From the NCBI GenBank assembly GCA_963771075.1, contig CAVYSE010000004.1, forward strand, positions 12,689-76,688: a stretch of DNA of 64,000 nt. The letters run 5' to 3'. Made by a program: the position numbers and the translations under genes. The notes under the pieces were generated by a model. The model was not told the DNA's origin. It did not search any database and saw only the letters and a program-made list of their open reading frames with translations. Shown here in pieces: positions 39,400 to 49,396 of this stretch. This stretch comes from a candidate division FCPU426 bacterium. GTDB lineage: Bacteria > Oederibacteriota > Muellerivitia > Muellerivitales > Muellerivitaceae. Position 1 is the stretch's first letter, and each line of letters opens with the position of its first letter.

Positions 39400-39909
39400 T
39401 CATCCCAACGCCTTCTCATAAAGGCGGACTCGCCATTCCTTCCAAGGTTGGGTCCCTGCCTTTTGGAAGCCGTGGGATTCATAAAAGGAACATAATTTCG
39501 GGTTGTCATCCATGCAGTCAAGCCGCACGAACTTCTTCCCGCCGAACCGCGCCTTTTTCTCGATATCAGCAAGGATCCCCGCTCCAAGTCCTCGGCCGAT
39601 ATAATCCGGGTCTACTCCCATCGTATGGACCCAATAGGCCAGTTCGTCCTTCCTCAAGTGATGCCAAAAGGCGTCATCGTCCTGGACAACATACATCCCA
39701 ATCAAGGCCCCGCCATGAAGAACCTTGTAAACCTTGCCTTCCCTGAACCTTTTCTCAAGGATGGGGCGGCCCTTTTCCCCCAGGAAATCCCTCCATTGGG
39801 TGAGGCCCTTCCCTTTCAACCAAAGGGCAATGCGCCTCAACAGCGCGAGCAAATCATTCATGTCCGAGGTTTGTGCCGGTAAATAGTCCAAGCCTTCCAT
39901 ATTATTCAT
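39400..39909 (-). CDS. GNAT acetyltransferase
   Basis: VDPDYIGRGLG, VRLDC and FYESHGF. Confidence 0.9.
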   Translation of the reverse strand: MNNMEGLDYLPAQTSDMNDLLALLRRIALWLKGKGLTQWRDFLGEKGRPILEKRFREGKVYKVLHGGALIGMYVVQDDDAFWHHLRKDELAYWVHTMGVDPDYIGRGLGAGILADIEKKARFGGKKFVRLDCMDDNPKLCSFYESHGFQKAGTQPWKEWRVRLYEKALG

Positions 39910-40004
39910 ACCGTTCCAATATTAAACCTGTCTGGAAGGTCCCCATCATTAACGGGGCCAGTGGTATTAAATACTAAACTTCTATAAAGACAGATTCACT
40001 CGAT

Positions 40005-40304
40005 CTACTTTTTCTCTGCCCTCGGCGTTTTACGCCGGTCCTTGGTGAACAAGACCCACTTGTCGCCCGCCTTGCGGAACAAGTCCTTGCTCTTCTCGTC
40101 CCAATAAAGCCCCTTGCCCAGGGGTTTCAGGTTCGTGGGCTGTTCCTCTTCCTTCTTGCGGCGATCCTTCCCCACGAAACGGTTCATGCGTCGGCGGTCA
40201 TGCAGGACCACCGTGTACTTGTCTCCCAGTTTTTTCAAGATGATCTTTTTCACCGGGTCAAAATAGTAATTTCCTGTCAGTTGGGTGTAGTTTGCCTCAG
40301 ACAT
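40005..40304 (-). CDS. Small basic protein with an internal duplication and DRRxxxR motifs
   Basis: GAGGAGG RBS; two similar modules of about 35 aa. Confidence 0.8.
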   Translation of the reverse strand: MSEANYTQLTGNYYFDPVKKIILKKLGDKYTVVLHDRRRMNRFVGKDRRKKEEEQPTNLKPLGKGLYWDEKSKDLFRKAGDKWVLFTKDRRKTPRAEKK

Positions 40305-40365
40305 GTTTTCCTCCTCTTCTCAACTTATCGTTTATTGTTCCTTACTTATCCACTTCCTCAATCGG

Positions 40366-40980
40366 TCAAACCAGCGTGAGAACCATTCGATTAACTTTTT
40401 CCTTCCCCTTCTTCCAAACCCAGGCAGGCTCGCTTTTCTCCGGCCCCGTCGCGAAGGCGTGCAGGAAGGGCGTCCATTGCCGGTTATCCTGCAGGGCTAG
40501 GGTCAAACCCGGAGCCTTTATTTTCAACCGTTTCCCATCCAGTGCCAGGCACGGCCCCAGGCTTAAACCCGCCGACTTCCCTTCCCAGATTTTATTCTGG
40601 GGCCGGGGCTCCACGGGGATCACGCCCTTTTCCTTCCCCGAGTTATAAACGCATCCCGCCCATTCCCCGTAGGGCAGGTTCAAGACCTGACGGACATGGA
40701 TGACCTTCACATCTTCCAGGGGGATCAATACCGCCCGCACTTCCATCCCCTTCCCTACTACTTTCAGCGTCACCCTCAACCCGATAGAACCACGTTTGAG
40801 TTTCACCCGGCCTTGGAATTTCCGAGCCTGCGTGGCCTTCGCAGTGTTCTTGGCCCAGCCTTCGGTGAAGATCTCGGGGGTGATCACCCCGACTGTCACC
40901 CGGCCGTATGAAAGAACGACATTTCCCCCTCCCCCCACCCGGGCTTTCAGGCCGGGAGCTTTGAGGATTTTGGGTTTCAA
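40366..40980 (-). CDS. Basic hypothetical protein
   Basis: TTG start overlapping the upstream stop; open 204-aa frame. Confidence 0.6.
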   Translation of the reverse strand: MKPKILKAPGLKARVGGGGNVVLSYGRVTVGVITPEIFTEGWAKNTAKATQARKFQGRVKLKRGSIGLRVTLKVVGKGMEVRAVLIPLEDVKVIHVRQVLNLPYGEWAGCVYNSGKEKGVIPVEPRPQNKIWEGKSAGLSLGPCLALDGKRLKIKAPGLTLALQDNRQWTPFLHAFATGPEKSEPAWVWKKGKEKVNRMVLTLV

Positions 40981-41318
40981 TGGGTTTTCCTTATTTTGCG
41001 CTTGGAAGATGGGGTTTGTTGCAATCGGCTAGCCCTCCGGTTCCAGGCCCAACTGAAGGTGCTTATCACGAAGAGAAATGCGATGGGGTATAAAAGACAG
41101 ATGTCCCCCCAAAAGTTGGGCCACCAAATCCTTCGGCAGAAGATGATGACCAGGCAGGCGAAGATTACGGCCCACAGGCTCGCGCCATACACCGCCAATT
41201 TGAGGGAAAGCCGGTAAGTGAAGCGCTCCTTGGGCTTGGGGCGCCAGTTTAAAAAGGGCCACCATCCCCAGTCCGCGTCGGAAAGCCAATTGATGAAATC
41301 CGCCACTCGATCGATCAT
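40977..41318 (-). CDS. Small membrane protein
   Basis: DADWGWWPFL..RP motif, 2 TM segments, AWNRRA. Confidence 0.7.
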   Translation of the reverse strand: MIDRVADFINWLSDADWGWWPFLNWRPKPKERFTYRLSLKLAVYGASLWAVIFACLVIIFCRRIWWPNFWGDICLLYPIAFLFVISTFSWAWNRRASRLQQTPSSKRKIRKTH

Positions 41319-41421
41319 CGGTCTTCCTTTGCCCGGGAACCTTTAAGGATGAAACCACCCGCGACAGATCAAATATAGCACGAGTGGGGAGTCGGAGGTT
41401 ATCGTGTCCCCGTGTAAAATA

Positions 41422-41567
41422 AGTTTGTAACATCTGAAAAAGTCGGCTTACGCCGCCTTATTCAGCAAGCCTTATAAGTAACCCCACGATTTCCTGCGGA
41501 AATCTTTGGGGTCGAGACCTCTGATTGTCGCTTTATTGGAGTTTTTCAGAGGTCTCAGTTTGTAACA
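41422..41567. mobile_element. MITE-like or IS-end remnant
   Basis: Inverted ends TCTGAAAAAGTC / GAGTTTTTCAGA, flanked by the 11-bp direct repeat AGTTTGTAACA. Confidence 0.5.
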
Positions 41568-41591
41568 CAAGCCTAATCTGGAGAAATTCTC

Positions 41592-42347
41592 ATGTTCATG
41601 TACCGGACTCGCTTTAAGAAAGAAATCCTTGCCGAGTTTCTGCCTCCTTACCGCCCCAATCGGGCCGGGCGGGTGATCCTTCTATTCGACGGGGTGCCGG
41701 GGATGCCCTCCAAGCAAAGCCAGGCCGAGTTCCTTTCGCGCAAGGGTTTCTGGGTCATTCATCCCCGCTACCGGGGAACCTGGGAAAGCGGGGGGAAATT
41801 CTTGAGGGATTCCCCCGAAAGGGACCTACGGGACATCCTCGATGAGCTTCCCAAGGGCCTGCGGGAGGTAACCTACGGGAAGCGGTTTCCCCTCCAAGCG
41901 AAGGAGATCTTCGTGATGGGCGCCAGTTTCGGCGGGGCCTTGGCCATCCTCTCAACGCTCGAAGCCCGGGTCAAAAGGGCCGTGGCCTTCTGCCCCGTGG
42001 TGGATTGGCGGGTCTCGAACCGGGCCGAGCGGAAGGAAACTTCCAACCCCATTTACCCCGCCTATATAAAAGAAGCTTTCGGAGAGGGCTACCGGTTAAA
42101 AGCGAAGGATTGGGCCAAACTGCGAACCGGGCGCTTCTACAACCCCGCCCACCGTATCCGGGAGATCGATCCCTCCAAGGTCCTGCTTTTCCACGCCCAG
42201 GATGACCCCGTGATTCCCTGGAAATCGGTCGCGTCTTTCGCCGATCAAACCGGTTCCAAACTGTTCCTTTTCAAGCGTGGAGGCCATTTGCCCATGGGCC
42301 GCACGGCCCAAAAGCACTGGGGGAAGATCCGATTATTCTTAAAGTGA
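41592..42347 (+). CDS. Alpha/beta hydrolase (S9 peptidase/esterase-like)
   Basis: YRGTWES, GASFGG nucleophile elbow, HAQDD and GGH. Confidence 0.88.
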   Translation: MFMYRTRFKKEILAEFLPPYRPNRAGRVILLFDGVPGMPSKQSQAEFLSRKGFWVIHPRYRGTWESGGKFLRDSPERDLRDILDELPKGLREVTYGKRFPLQAKEIFVMGASFGGALAILSTLEARVKRAVAFCPVVDWRVSNRAERKETSNPIYPAYIKEAFGEGYRLKAKDWAKLRTGRFYNPAHRIREIDPSKVLLFHAQDDPVIPWKSVASFADQTGSKLFLFKRGGHLPMGRTAQKHWGKIRLFLK

Positions 42348-42461
42348 AAAGCTGAGTCCTGTTCCCATCCCCCCTTTGCCTTTGGATTGGTTGCCCTACC
42401 GGTCAACTTCTGTGTCACAACCATTCTATTGACCTTTGATTTGGCGGTATCATGGGATCCT

Positions 42462-43943
42462 ATGAAATTTCGATTATCCAAGGCCCTTTGGCTCGGCCTT
42501 TTCCTGGCCGGGTTTCCCCTCAGGCCAATCCCGGCGGCGGCCCAGGCCCTTTGCGGGTCTGTCGCCAATGAAACCTTGAGTTGGTCCACCCTGGCTCCCA
42601 TGTCCAGCAACAACACCTACATGGGCTCCGCCGTCATCGACAATGTCATTTATGCGGTGGGCGGTACGGGTGCCAGCCAGTTACTTTCTTATAACCCTTC
42701 CACGAATAGCTGGTCCACTTTACTCACCTTGCCGGAAATTGCTTATGGCCCCGCGGCCGGAGCCATTAATGGAATTCTTTATTTCACCGGGGTACCCCCC
42801 GGTTCCGTCATACCGACCCCCGATGGTCTTTATGCTTACAACCCAGCGACGAATTCCTTGACCAGCCTGGCGAATTTGTCCGTTCCCACCGAGTACGCAG
42901 CCGCGGCGGTCATCAACAACATTTTCTATGTGGCCGGCGGTGATGGCGGCGGGTACAACAACTTGCAGGCTTATAACCCCGCCACCAATAGTTGGTCCAC
43001 CCTGGCTCCCATGCCCACGGGCATCATGAACGGGGGCGCGGCCGCCATTGATGGCCTCATGTATGTCGTGGGCGGCGCGACAACCGGCGGATCCGTTTCC
43101 AGCCTGCTTCAGGTTTACAATCCCGCCACCAATAGTTGGTCCATCCTTGCCTCGATGCCCGTGAACCTGGAAAGCTTTTCGGTCGTGACCATCAACGGAA
43201 TTCTTTACGTCCTGGGCGGAGAAGAAGCTCCTAGCACACCGGTGAATACAGTGGAAGCTTATGACCCATCCTCCAATACTTGGACGACACTGACCGCTTC
43301 CATGCCCACCGCCAGATATGGTTTAACCGGGGATGTGGTCGGCAACGTTATTTATGAGATCGGCGGCTGGGGGAATACATTTCCATTTTCTCTCAGCGTG
43401 AATGAAGCCGCCGAATTCGTTTGCCCTCCCACCGCCACACCCACCTTCACCCCCACTTTGACCCCGACTTCGACTTTCACTCCCTCGCCGACGGCAACGC
43501 CTACCTTTACCCAGACGATGACTCAAACTCCAACGGCCACCCTCACCCCCACCGTGACCCTCACGCCGACTATCACCAACACCCCCACGCTCACTTCGAC
43601 ACCGACCAACACCACCACCCCGACCGCCACCTTCACCCCCACCGCGACCTATATCCCCGACTTCCTGGCCATTCCCCAGAACCTCTTCAAGCCCGCCCAG
43701 GGGCCGCTCGTGATGCAGTTATCCGTCCCCTATTCCGCGGGCACCGTGAGCTTGAACGTCTACAACACCGCCGGGGAATTCATCAAATCACTTGTGAAAC
43801 TGAACCTCACCCAGCCCACCCAGATGGCCGTCACCTGGGACGGCACCAACCAGGAGGGGGACGCCTGCGCCAGCGGGGTCTATCTCTTTTATTTGAACGA
43901 GCCACTTGAGCGCAAATCCGCCCGGGTCCTGCTGATCCATTAG
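42462..43943 (+). CDS. Secreted Kelch beta-propeller, Thr/Pro linker, FlgD-Ig C-terminal domain (paralog 1)
   Basis: Six Kelch repeats (IYxxGG...YNP.TNSW), TPT linker, VYNTAGE...WDGTN...ASGVYL. Confidence 0.9.
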   Translation: MKFRLSKALWLGLFLAGFPLRPIPAAAQALCGSVANETLSWSTLAPMSSNNTYMGSAVIDNVIYAVGGTGASQLLSYNPSTNSWSTLLTLPEIAYGPAAGAINGILYFTGVPPGSVIPTPDGLYAYNPATNSLTSLANLSVPTEYAAAAVINNIFYVAGGDGGGYNNLQAYNPATNSWSTLAPMPTGIMNGGAAAIDGLMYVVGGATTGGSVSSLLQVYNPATNSWSILASMPVNLESFSVVTINGILYVLGGEEAPSTPVNTVEAYDPSSNTWTTLTASMPTARYGLTGDVVGNVIYEIGGWGNTFPFSLSVNEAAEFVCPPTATPTFTPTLTPTSTFTPSPTATPTFTQTMTQTPTATLTPTVTLTPTITNTPTLTSTPTNTTTPTATFTPTATYIPDFLAIPQNLFKPAQGPLVMQLSVPYSAGTVSLNVYNTAGEFIKSLVKLNLTQPTQMAVTWDGTNQEGDACASGVYLFYLNEPLERKSARVLLIH

Positions 43944-44025
43944 CGAGGGTCCGCCCGGTCGGGCCAAGGTGGTTTTAATCCGGTAGGGTTCCTTTTAGCC
44001 CAATACGGGCGGTAAGATATCGCCA

Positions 44026-45426
44026 ATGTTCCGCTCTTTATTCCAGCCCGCTTGTTTCTGCCTCTTCCTTCTGGGGTTTTTCCTCAGGCCAATCCCGGCT
44101 GTGGCCCAGCCCCTCTGCGGGTCCGTCGCCTATCAATCCTTCACCTGGACCGACATGGCCACTATTCCCGGGAGTGTGAACTGGGCCCGTTCCGACGTTA
44201 TCAACAATATGATCTATGTGGCGGGAGGGGGTACCCCGCCCATTGATTTGTATTCCTACGATACCACGATCAATACCTGGATCAGACTGGCCGACATGCC
44301 CGTCGGTGTGAGCGGGGCCGCGGTCGGGGCGGTCAATGGAATTTTATACGTGGCCGGAGGAGCTTCTGGCGGCGCTACCACCAACGGCCTACAGGCTTAT
44401 AACCCCGTGACCAACAGCTGGGCCACCCTGGCTCCCATGCCTAACAAAACCAATGTTCCCGCCTCGGCGGTCTTGAACAATATTTTTTACGTGATCGGCG
44501 GCCAAGGCTTCGAAACCACGCTCGACGCCTATAACACGACCACGAACAGCTGGTCCACCCTGGCTCCCATGCCCGTGGGCTACAGTGACAGCGGCGCGGC
44601 GGTCATCAACAACTTGATCTATGTCGTGGGTGGGATGTTAGCCACCAGCGTTATCTCTCCCGGTCTGCAAGTTTACGACCCCTCAGCGAACACCTGGTCC
44701 GCCCTGGCTCCCCCCCTGCTCAGTCTGGAAGGTTTTTCCGTCGTGACCATCAATGGGATCCTGTACGTGCTCGGCGGCTACAATGACTCCACCCTCTTTT
44801 CCGGCGCGGTGGAAGCTTACGACCCCTCCGCCAACAGCTGGACGATCTTAAGCAATTCCCTGAACCCGGCCAGAGTGGGTTTGACCGGGGACGTGGTCAA
44901 CAACGTGATCTATGAGATAGGCGGGTTTAACGGAGTGGTGAGTACTTCAGAGTTGAACCAGGCGTCCAACGCCGTTTGTAACCCGACGCCCACGCCCTCG
45001 CCCACGGTAACGCCCACCGCGACCCTCACTCCCACCGTGACCCTCACGCCGACTATCACCAACACCCCCACCCTCACTTCGTCCCCGACCAACACCACCA
45101 CCCCGACCTCCACCTTCACCCCCACCGCGACCTACATCCCCGACTTCCTGGCCATTCCCCAGAACCTCTTCAAGCCCGCCCAGGGGCCGCTCGTGATGCA
45201 GTTATCCGTCCCCTATTCCGCGGGCACCGTGAGCTTGAACGTCTACAACACCGCCGGGGAATTCATCAAATCACTTGTGAAACTGAACCTCACCCAGCCC
45301 ACCCAGATGGCCGTCACCTGGGACGGCACCAACCAGGAGGGGGACGCCTGCGCCAGCGGGGTCTATCTCTTTTATTTGAACGAGCCACTGGAGCGCAAAT
45401 CCGCACGGGTCCTGCTGATCCATTAG
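44026..45426 (+). CDS. Secreted Kelch / Thr-Pro / FlgD-Ig protein (paralog 2)
   Basis: Same architecture; C-terminal domain identical to paralog 1. Confidence 0.9.
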   Translation: MFRSLFQPACFCLFLLGFFLRPIPAVAQPLCGSVAYQSFTWTDMATIPGSVNWARSDVINNMIYVAGGGTPPIDLYSYDTTINTWIRLADMPVGVSGAAVGAVNGILYVAGGASGGATTNGLQAYNPVTNSWATLAPMPNKTNVPASAVLNNIFYVIGGQGFETTLDAYNTTTNSWSTLAPMPVGYSDSGAAVINNLIYVVGGMLATSVISPGLQVYDPSANTWSALAPPLLSLEGFSVVTINGILYVLGGYNDSTLFSGAVEAYDPSANSWTILSNSLNPARVGLTGDVVNNVIYEIGGFNGVVSTSELNQASNAVCNPTPTPSPTVTPTATLTPTVTLTPTITNTPTLTSSPTNTTTPTSTFTPTATYIPDFLAIPQNLFKPAQGPLVMQLSVPYSAGTVSLNVYNTAGEFIKSLVKLNLTQPTQMAVTWDGTNQEGDACASGVYLFYLNEPLERKSARVLLIH

Positions 45427-45478
45427 CGGCGGCCCGCCCGTTCGGGCCAAAGAGCTATTTGCGGTATGATTAGGGCGT

Positions 45479-48085
45479 ATGTTTCAAACCTTATCTAAAT
45501 CACTCATCCTTCTTTTGGTCCTGGGTTTATTCCTCAGGGCTGACCCGGCTTTATCTCAAATAACCTGCGGCTCGGTCGCGGACCAGCAACTCAATTGGAC
45601 TGAAATGGCCCCCCTGCCAGTGGAGACCAGTTGGGCCGGTTCCGCCGTCCTCAACGGCTTGATCTATGTGGCGGGGGGAGTCAGCCCCGTCAATTTCCCA
45701 GCCACCGACACCCTTTTCGGCTACGATCCCACCGCGAACACCTGGACGACCCTCGCCAACCTCCCCGACAATTTATACGGGCCCGCGGTGGGCGCGGTGA
45801 ACGGCACCCTTTACGTGGCCGGAGGCCTCAACTCGGCCGGGACGACCGTCAATAGCCTTTATGCCTACAACCCCGGCACCAATACCTGGTCCACCCTTCC
45901 CAACATGCCAACTGCCACTTATGACGCAGGATCGGCCGTCATCAACGGCATCTTTTACGTGGCAGGGGGATACGACGGCGCCAGCACAGAAACCTTGCAG
46001 GCCTTTGATCCCGCCACCAATAGCTGGGCCACCCTGGCCCCAGGTCCCGCGGGGATGGTATTTGGGGATGTGTCCGTCATCAATGGCCTGCTTTATAACT
46101 TGGGGAGCCCGGATATCTATGATCCCACCACCAATACCTGGTCCGTTCAAACTTCCCATGGATTCGTATTAACTGGGGACGGTCGTTCTCTGTTGAACGT
46201 AAACGGAATTCTTTACGCGATAGGAGGGGGCTGGGGATCCTACGGAATATTTGCTTTCGACCCCTCGTCCAACACCTGGACCACGCTGACTAACACCCTG
46301 CCTACGAACAGATTGGGTTTAACCGGGGATGTGGTCAACGGCGTGATTTACGAAATCGGGGGAACCGGCCCCGGAACAAGCTTTTCAGCCCTCAACGAGG
46401 CCGCTACGATCACTTGTCTTCTGACTCCCACGCCCTCGTCCACGGCCACCCTCACTTCGACCGGCACCGCCACCCTCACCCCCACCCCCACGGTCACCAG
46501 CACTCCCATGGCCCCTCTCTGCGGGTCCGTCGCCAGCGAAACCCTGAACTGGTCGTCCATGGCGCCCATTCCCATCACCTCCATGTTTTCAGGATCCGAC
46601 GCCATCAACAACGTCATTTACCTCGTGGGGAACTCGTTACCTCTCACGAACGCAGCTTATTCCTATAACACCTCCACGAACACTTGGGCCCCGATCGCCA
46701 GCCTGCCGGGCAATCTCTTCGGCGCGACCGTCAATGCCATCGGCGGCATTCTCTACGTGGCCGGCGGAACCAATGGAGCCTGGATCACCAATCAAGTTTT
46801 AATATATAACCCCGCCACCAATTCCTGGGCCTACAACGGTTTCCTGGCCACATCGACCCAGAACGCGGCTTCGGCCGTGATCGGCAACACCCTTTATGTG
46901 GCCGGGGGATTTGACGGTGTGGACAATACCACCTTGCAGGCCTTTAACGTATCATCGGGCCTCTGGAACATCCTGGCGCCCTTGCCGGTTGGAGTCGCCG
47001 AGGAGGGTGCCGTCGCCCTCAATGGGCTGTTGTACCTGGCGGGGGGCGATACTAGCACCGGAGTGGTTCAAAACACGCTCCAGGTTTACAACCCGGCTAC
47101 CAACTCTTGGAGCACCCTGGCCCCCATGCCGGTTGGGGTTCGTGGCTTATCGCTCGTGACGGTCAGCGGCATCCTTTATGCCATCGGCGGGTTAACGTCC
47201 TCTTCAGGGTCGATCAACACCGTGCAAGCCTACGACCCCAGCACCAATAGCTGGACGATCCTGAGCAACAGCCTTTCTGTCGTGGATTGGGGATTAACCG
47301 GGTCCGTCGTCAACAACGTGATCTATATGATGGGAGGGTTCTCATCCAGCGACAACTACGCCGCCACCATCCTTTGCGTCACCTCCACGCCCACCTATTC
47401 CCCGACCGTCACCCAGACTTTCACGGTTTCCTCCACCCCCACCGGTACACCGACCGGTAGCCCAACGCTCACCGCCTCGGGCACCTCCTCTCCCTCGGCG
47501 ACCTCCACCCCGACGCCGACCCCAACCTTCACCCTCACGGCCACGAATACGGCCACGCCCACATTCACTTCGACCATCACCCCAACCCCGACTTTCACGC
47601 CATCCCCGACGGCGACTGTTACCCCGACCGCGACCCAAACCTTTACCCCATCTTTCACGGCCACTTTCAGCCCTACACCCACCCCAACTTCGACCCTGAC
47701 CCTCACCCCCACGATCACCCCGACCCCCACTTTCACTTCCACTCGAACGATTACCGCCTCTCCCACCCCGACCTTTTCCCCGACCGCGACCTATATCCCC
47801 GACGTCATGTATATTCCCGTGAATGTCTTCAAACCCACCCAGGGACCCCTGACGATCTCCCTTTCCATTCCCATTTCCACGGGTAATGTGACCCTCAACG
47901 TCTACAACACCGCCGGGGAAAGCGTGAAACAGCTCTTGAACCGATATGTCGACGGACCCGCCCATATTTTCGTGAACTGGGACGGCACCAACCAGGAAGG
48001 CGACCGGTGCGCCAGCGGGGTCTATCTCTTTTACCTGACGGAGTCTCTGGAGCGAAAAAGGGCCAAGGTGGTTTTGATCCGATAA
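45479..48085 (+). CDS. Secreted double-Kelch / Thr-Pro / FlgD-Ig protein (paralog 3)
   Basis: Two propellers each starting CGSVA, a long TP linker and the FlgD-Ig tail. Confidence 0.9.
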   Translation: MFQTLSKSLILLLVLGLFLRADPALSQITCGSVADQQLNWTEMAPLPVETSWAGSAVLNGLIYVAGGVSPVNFPATDTLFGYDPTANTWTTLANLPDNLYGPAVGAVNGTLYVAGGLNSAGTTVNSLYAYNPGTNTWSTLPNMPTATYDAGSAVINGIFYVAGGYDGASTETLQAFDPATNSWATLAPGPAGMVFGDVSVINGLLYNLGSPDIYDPTTNTWSVQTSHGFVLTGDGRSLLNVNGILYAIGGGWGSYGIFAFDPSSNTWTTLTNTLPTNRLGLTGDVVNGVIYEIGGTGPGTSFSALNEAATITCLLTPTPSSTATLTSTGTATLTPTPTVTSTPMAPLCGSVASETLNWSSMAPIPITSMFSGSDAINNVIYLVGNSLPLTNAAYSYNTSTNTWAPIASLPGNLFGATVNAIGGILYVAGGTNGAWITNQVLIYNPATNSWAYNGFLATSTQNAASAVIGNTLYVAGGFDGVDNTTLQAFNVSSGLWNILAPLPVGVAEEGAVALNGLLYLAGGDTSTGVVQNTLQVYNPATNSWSTLAPMPVGVRGLSLVTVSGILYAIGGLTSSSGSINTVQAYDPSTNSWTILSNSLSVVDWGLTGSVVNNVIYMMGGFSSSDNYAATILCVTSTPTYSPTVTQTFTVSSTPTGTPTGSPTLTASGTSSPSATSTPTPTPTFTLTATNTATPTFTSTITPTPTFTPSPTATVTPTATQTFTPSFTATFSPTPTPTSTLTLTPTITPTPTFTSTRTITASPTPTFSPTATYIPDVMYIPVNVFKPTQGPLTISLSIPISTGNVTLNVYNTAGESVKQLLNRYVDGPAHIFVNWDGTNQEGDRCASGVYLFYLTESLERKRAKVVLIR

Positions 48086-48124
48086 TACTTTCCAGGCACG
48101 GCCCTCATTTGAGAGAATTCACCC

Positions 48125-48871
48125 ATGATCCCTTCCCCGCATAGCTGGTTCAATCCCGCCTCCCTTCTATTAACAACCGCCTTTTTCCTATGCCTCCTAT
48201 TCGCGCTCGCGGGGGCGAAGCCCCTGATCAAACAAAATTGGTTCAAGCCCATTTTCTATTTCGGGATCCTTTTGACCCTGGCCACGTGGTACGTCTCCGC
48301 CAGGCAATTCCAGGAAAAGGAAGACATGATCGCCGCCAACAAGCTATTGCGGGCCAACCTGGACCATCAATCGAGGGATTTGGAAAAAACGCGCGGGGAC
48401 CTGAACCGCCTGTTGGCCTTGGGGCTTCCCCCCAAAAAAGAAACTCCCATTCCCACCCCCCAACCCGGCTTCCAGCCGCCCGAATTAACCCCCCTGGAAG
48501 TAGCCATTAACCATCTGAACCAGGACATTGCCTGGGGAAACCGGGTATTGGAAGAATGCTCCAACGGGCGCCTTTCCTACCCCGCCTATTTGAGGGAACG
48601 GGAAGATTGGCTGGGGGACGTTCGCAACTTCCTTCGTAACAATCCCCTGTTTCAATCGAAAGACCGATGGAAGACCTGGTACGGTTACGGGGACGCGAGG
48701 GGGGAAGGCTTCGAGGTCCGGGACGTGGATTGGCAAAGGAGGAAACCCTGCCCGCCGGAAGCGCCCGCGGACCGAAGGGAAGATTACACGGATATCCAAC
48801 GAAGACTGGACAACCTGGGATTTTACAAGAACGCGCTGATGACCGCGGGGGTCACCAACAGCGAAAATTGA
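48125..48871 (+). CDS. Hypothetical membrane protein
   Basis: Two N-terminal TM segments and a coiled coil. Confidence 0.65.
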   Translation: MIPSPHSWFNPASLLLTTAFFLCLLFALAGAKPLIKQNWFKPIFYFGILLTLATWYVSARQFQEKEDMIAANKLLRANLDHQSRDLEKTRGDLNRLLALGLPPKKETPIPTPQPGFQPPELTPLEVAINHLNQDIAWGNRVLEECSNGRLSYPAYLREREDWLGDVRNFLRNNPLFQSKDRWKTWYGYGDARGEGFEVRDVDWQRRKPCPPEAPADRREDYTDIQRRLDNLGFYKNALMTAGVTNSEN

Positions 48872-48898
48872 GCCTTTCGGCCCAACCGGGGACCGACT

Positions 48899-49396
48899 TT
48901 ATTTCTTGATGTCTTTTTTGGCGGGGTCTTCGACGGGCTTCGGGGGCTCCGCGCCGCGCATGGCTTTCGCCTTCAAGATGCGCTCGAAGAGGTGGAGATA
49001 TTCCCTCTTCAGGTCGACGGGGGTGAAATTGCGGTAGTTGGATTCGTTGTACTTCTCACCCAAGTATTCCTTGCTCTGGCGGATGAAGGTCAGGATGGTC
49101 CCGACCGTCTCATCGGTGGCCTGGTTGTTGGCCGACTCGATGGTGACGCGCTGGAGGACGCCTTCCCGGTAACGGCCCACCTGGTCCTCGGAGGGGTTCA
49201 CGATCCCCGAGATCTTGCCGGTGAAATTCTCAATGAAGAAAAGCACATCCACATCCTTGCCGTAAAGCTCCGTAATGGTGGAAATGGATGAGGAATCGGA
49301 ACGGGTTTGGATTTCCTTCCCGCATTGGCTGCAAAACCTGCTTTTAGGGTCGTTTTTGTACCCGCATTGGGTGCAATTCATTCGTTGTTTCTCCAA
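48899..49396 (-). CDS. Zinc-ribbon domain protein
   Basis: CTQCG...FCSQCG. Confidence 0.75.
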   Translation of the reverse strand: MEKQRMNCTQCGYKNDPKSRFCSQCGKEIQTRSDSSSISTITELYGKDVDVLFFIENFTGKISGIVNPSEDQVGRYREGVLQRVTIESANNQATDETVGTILTFIRQSKEYLGEKYNESNYRNFTPVDLKREYLHLFERILKAKAMRGAEPPKPVEDPAKKDIKK

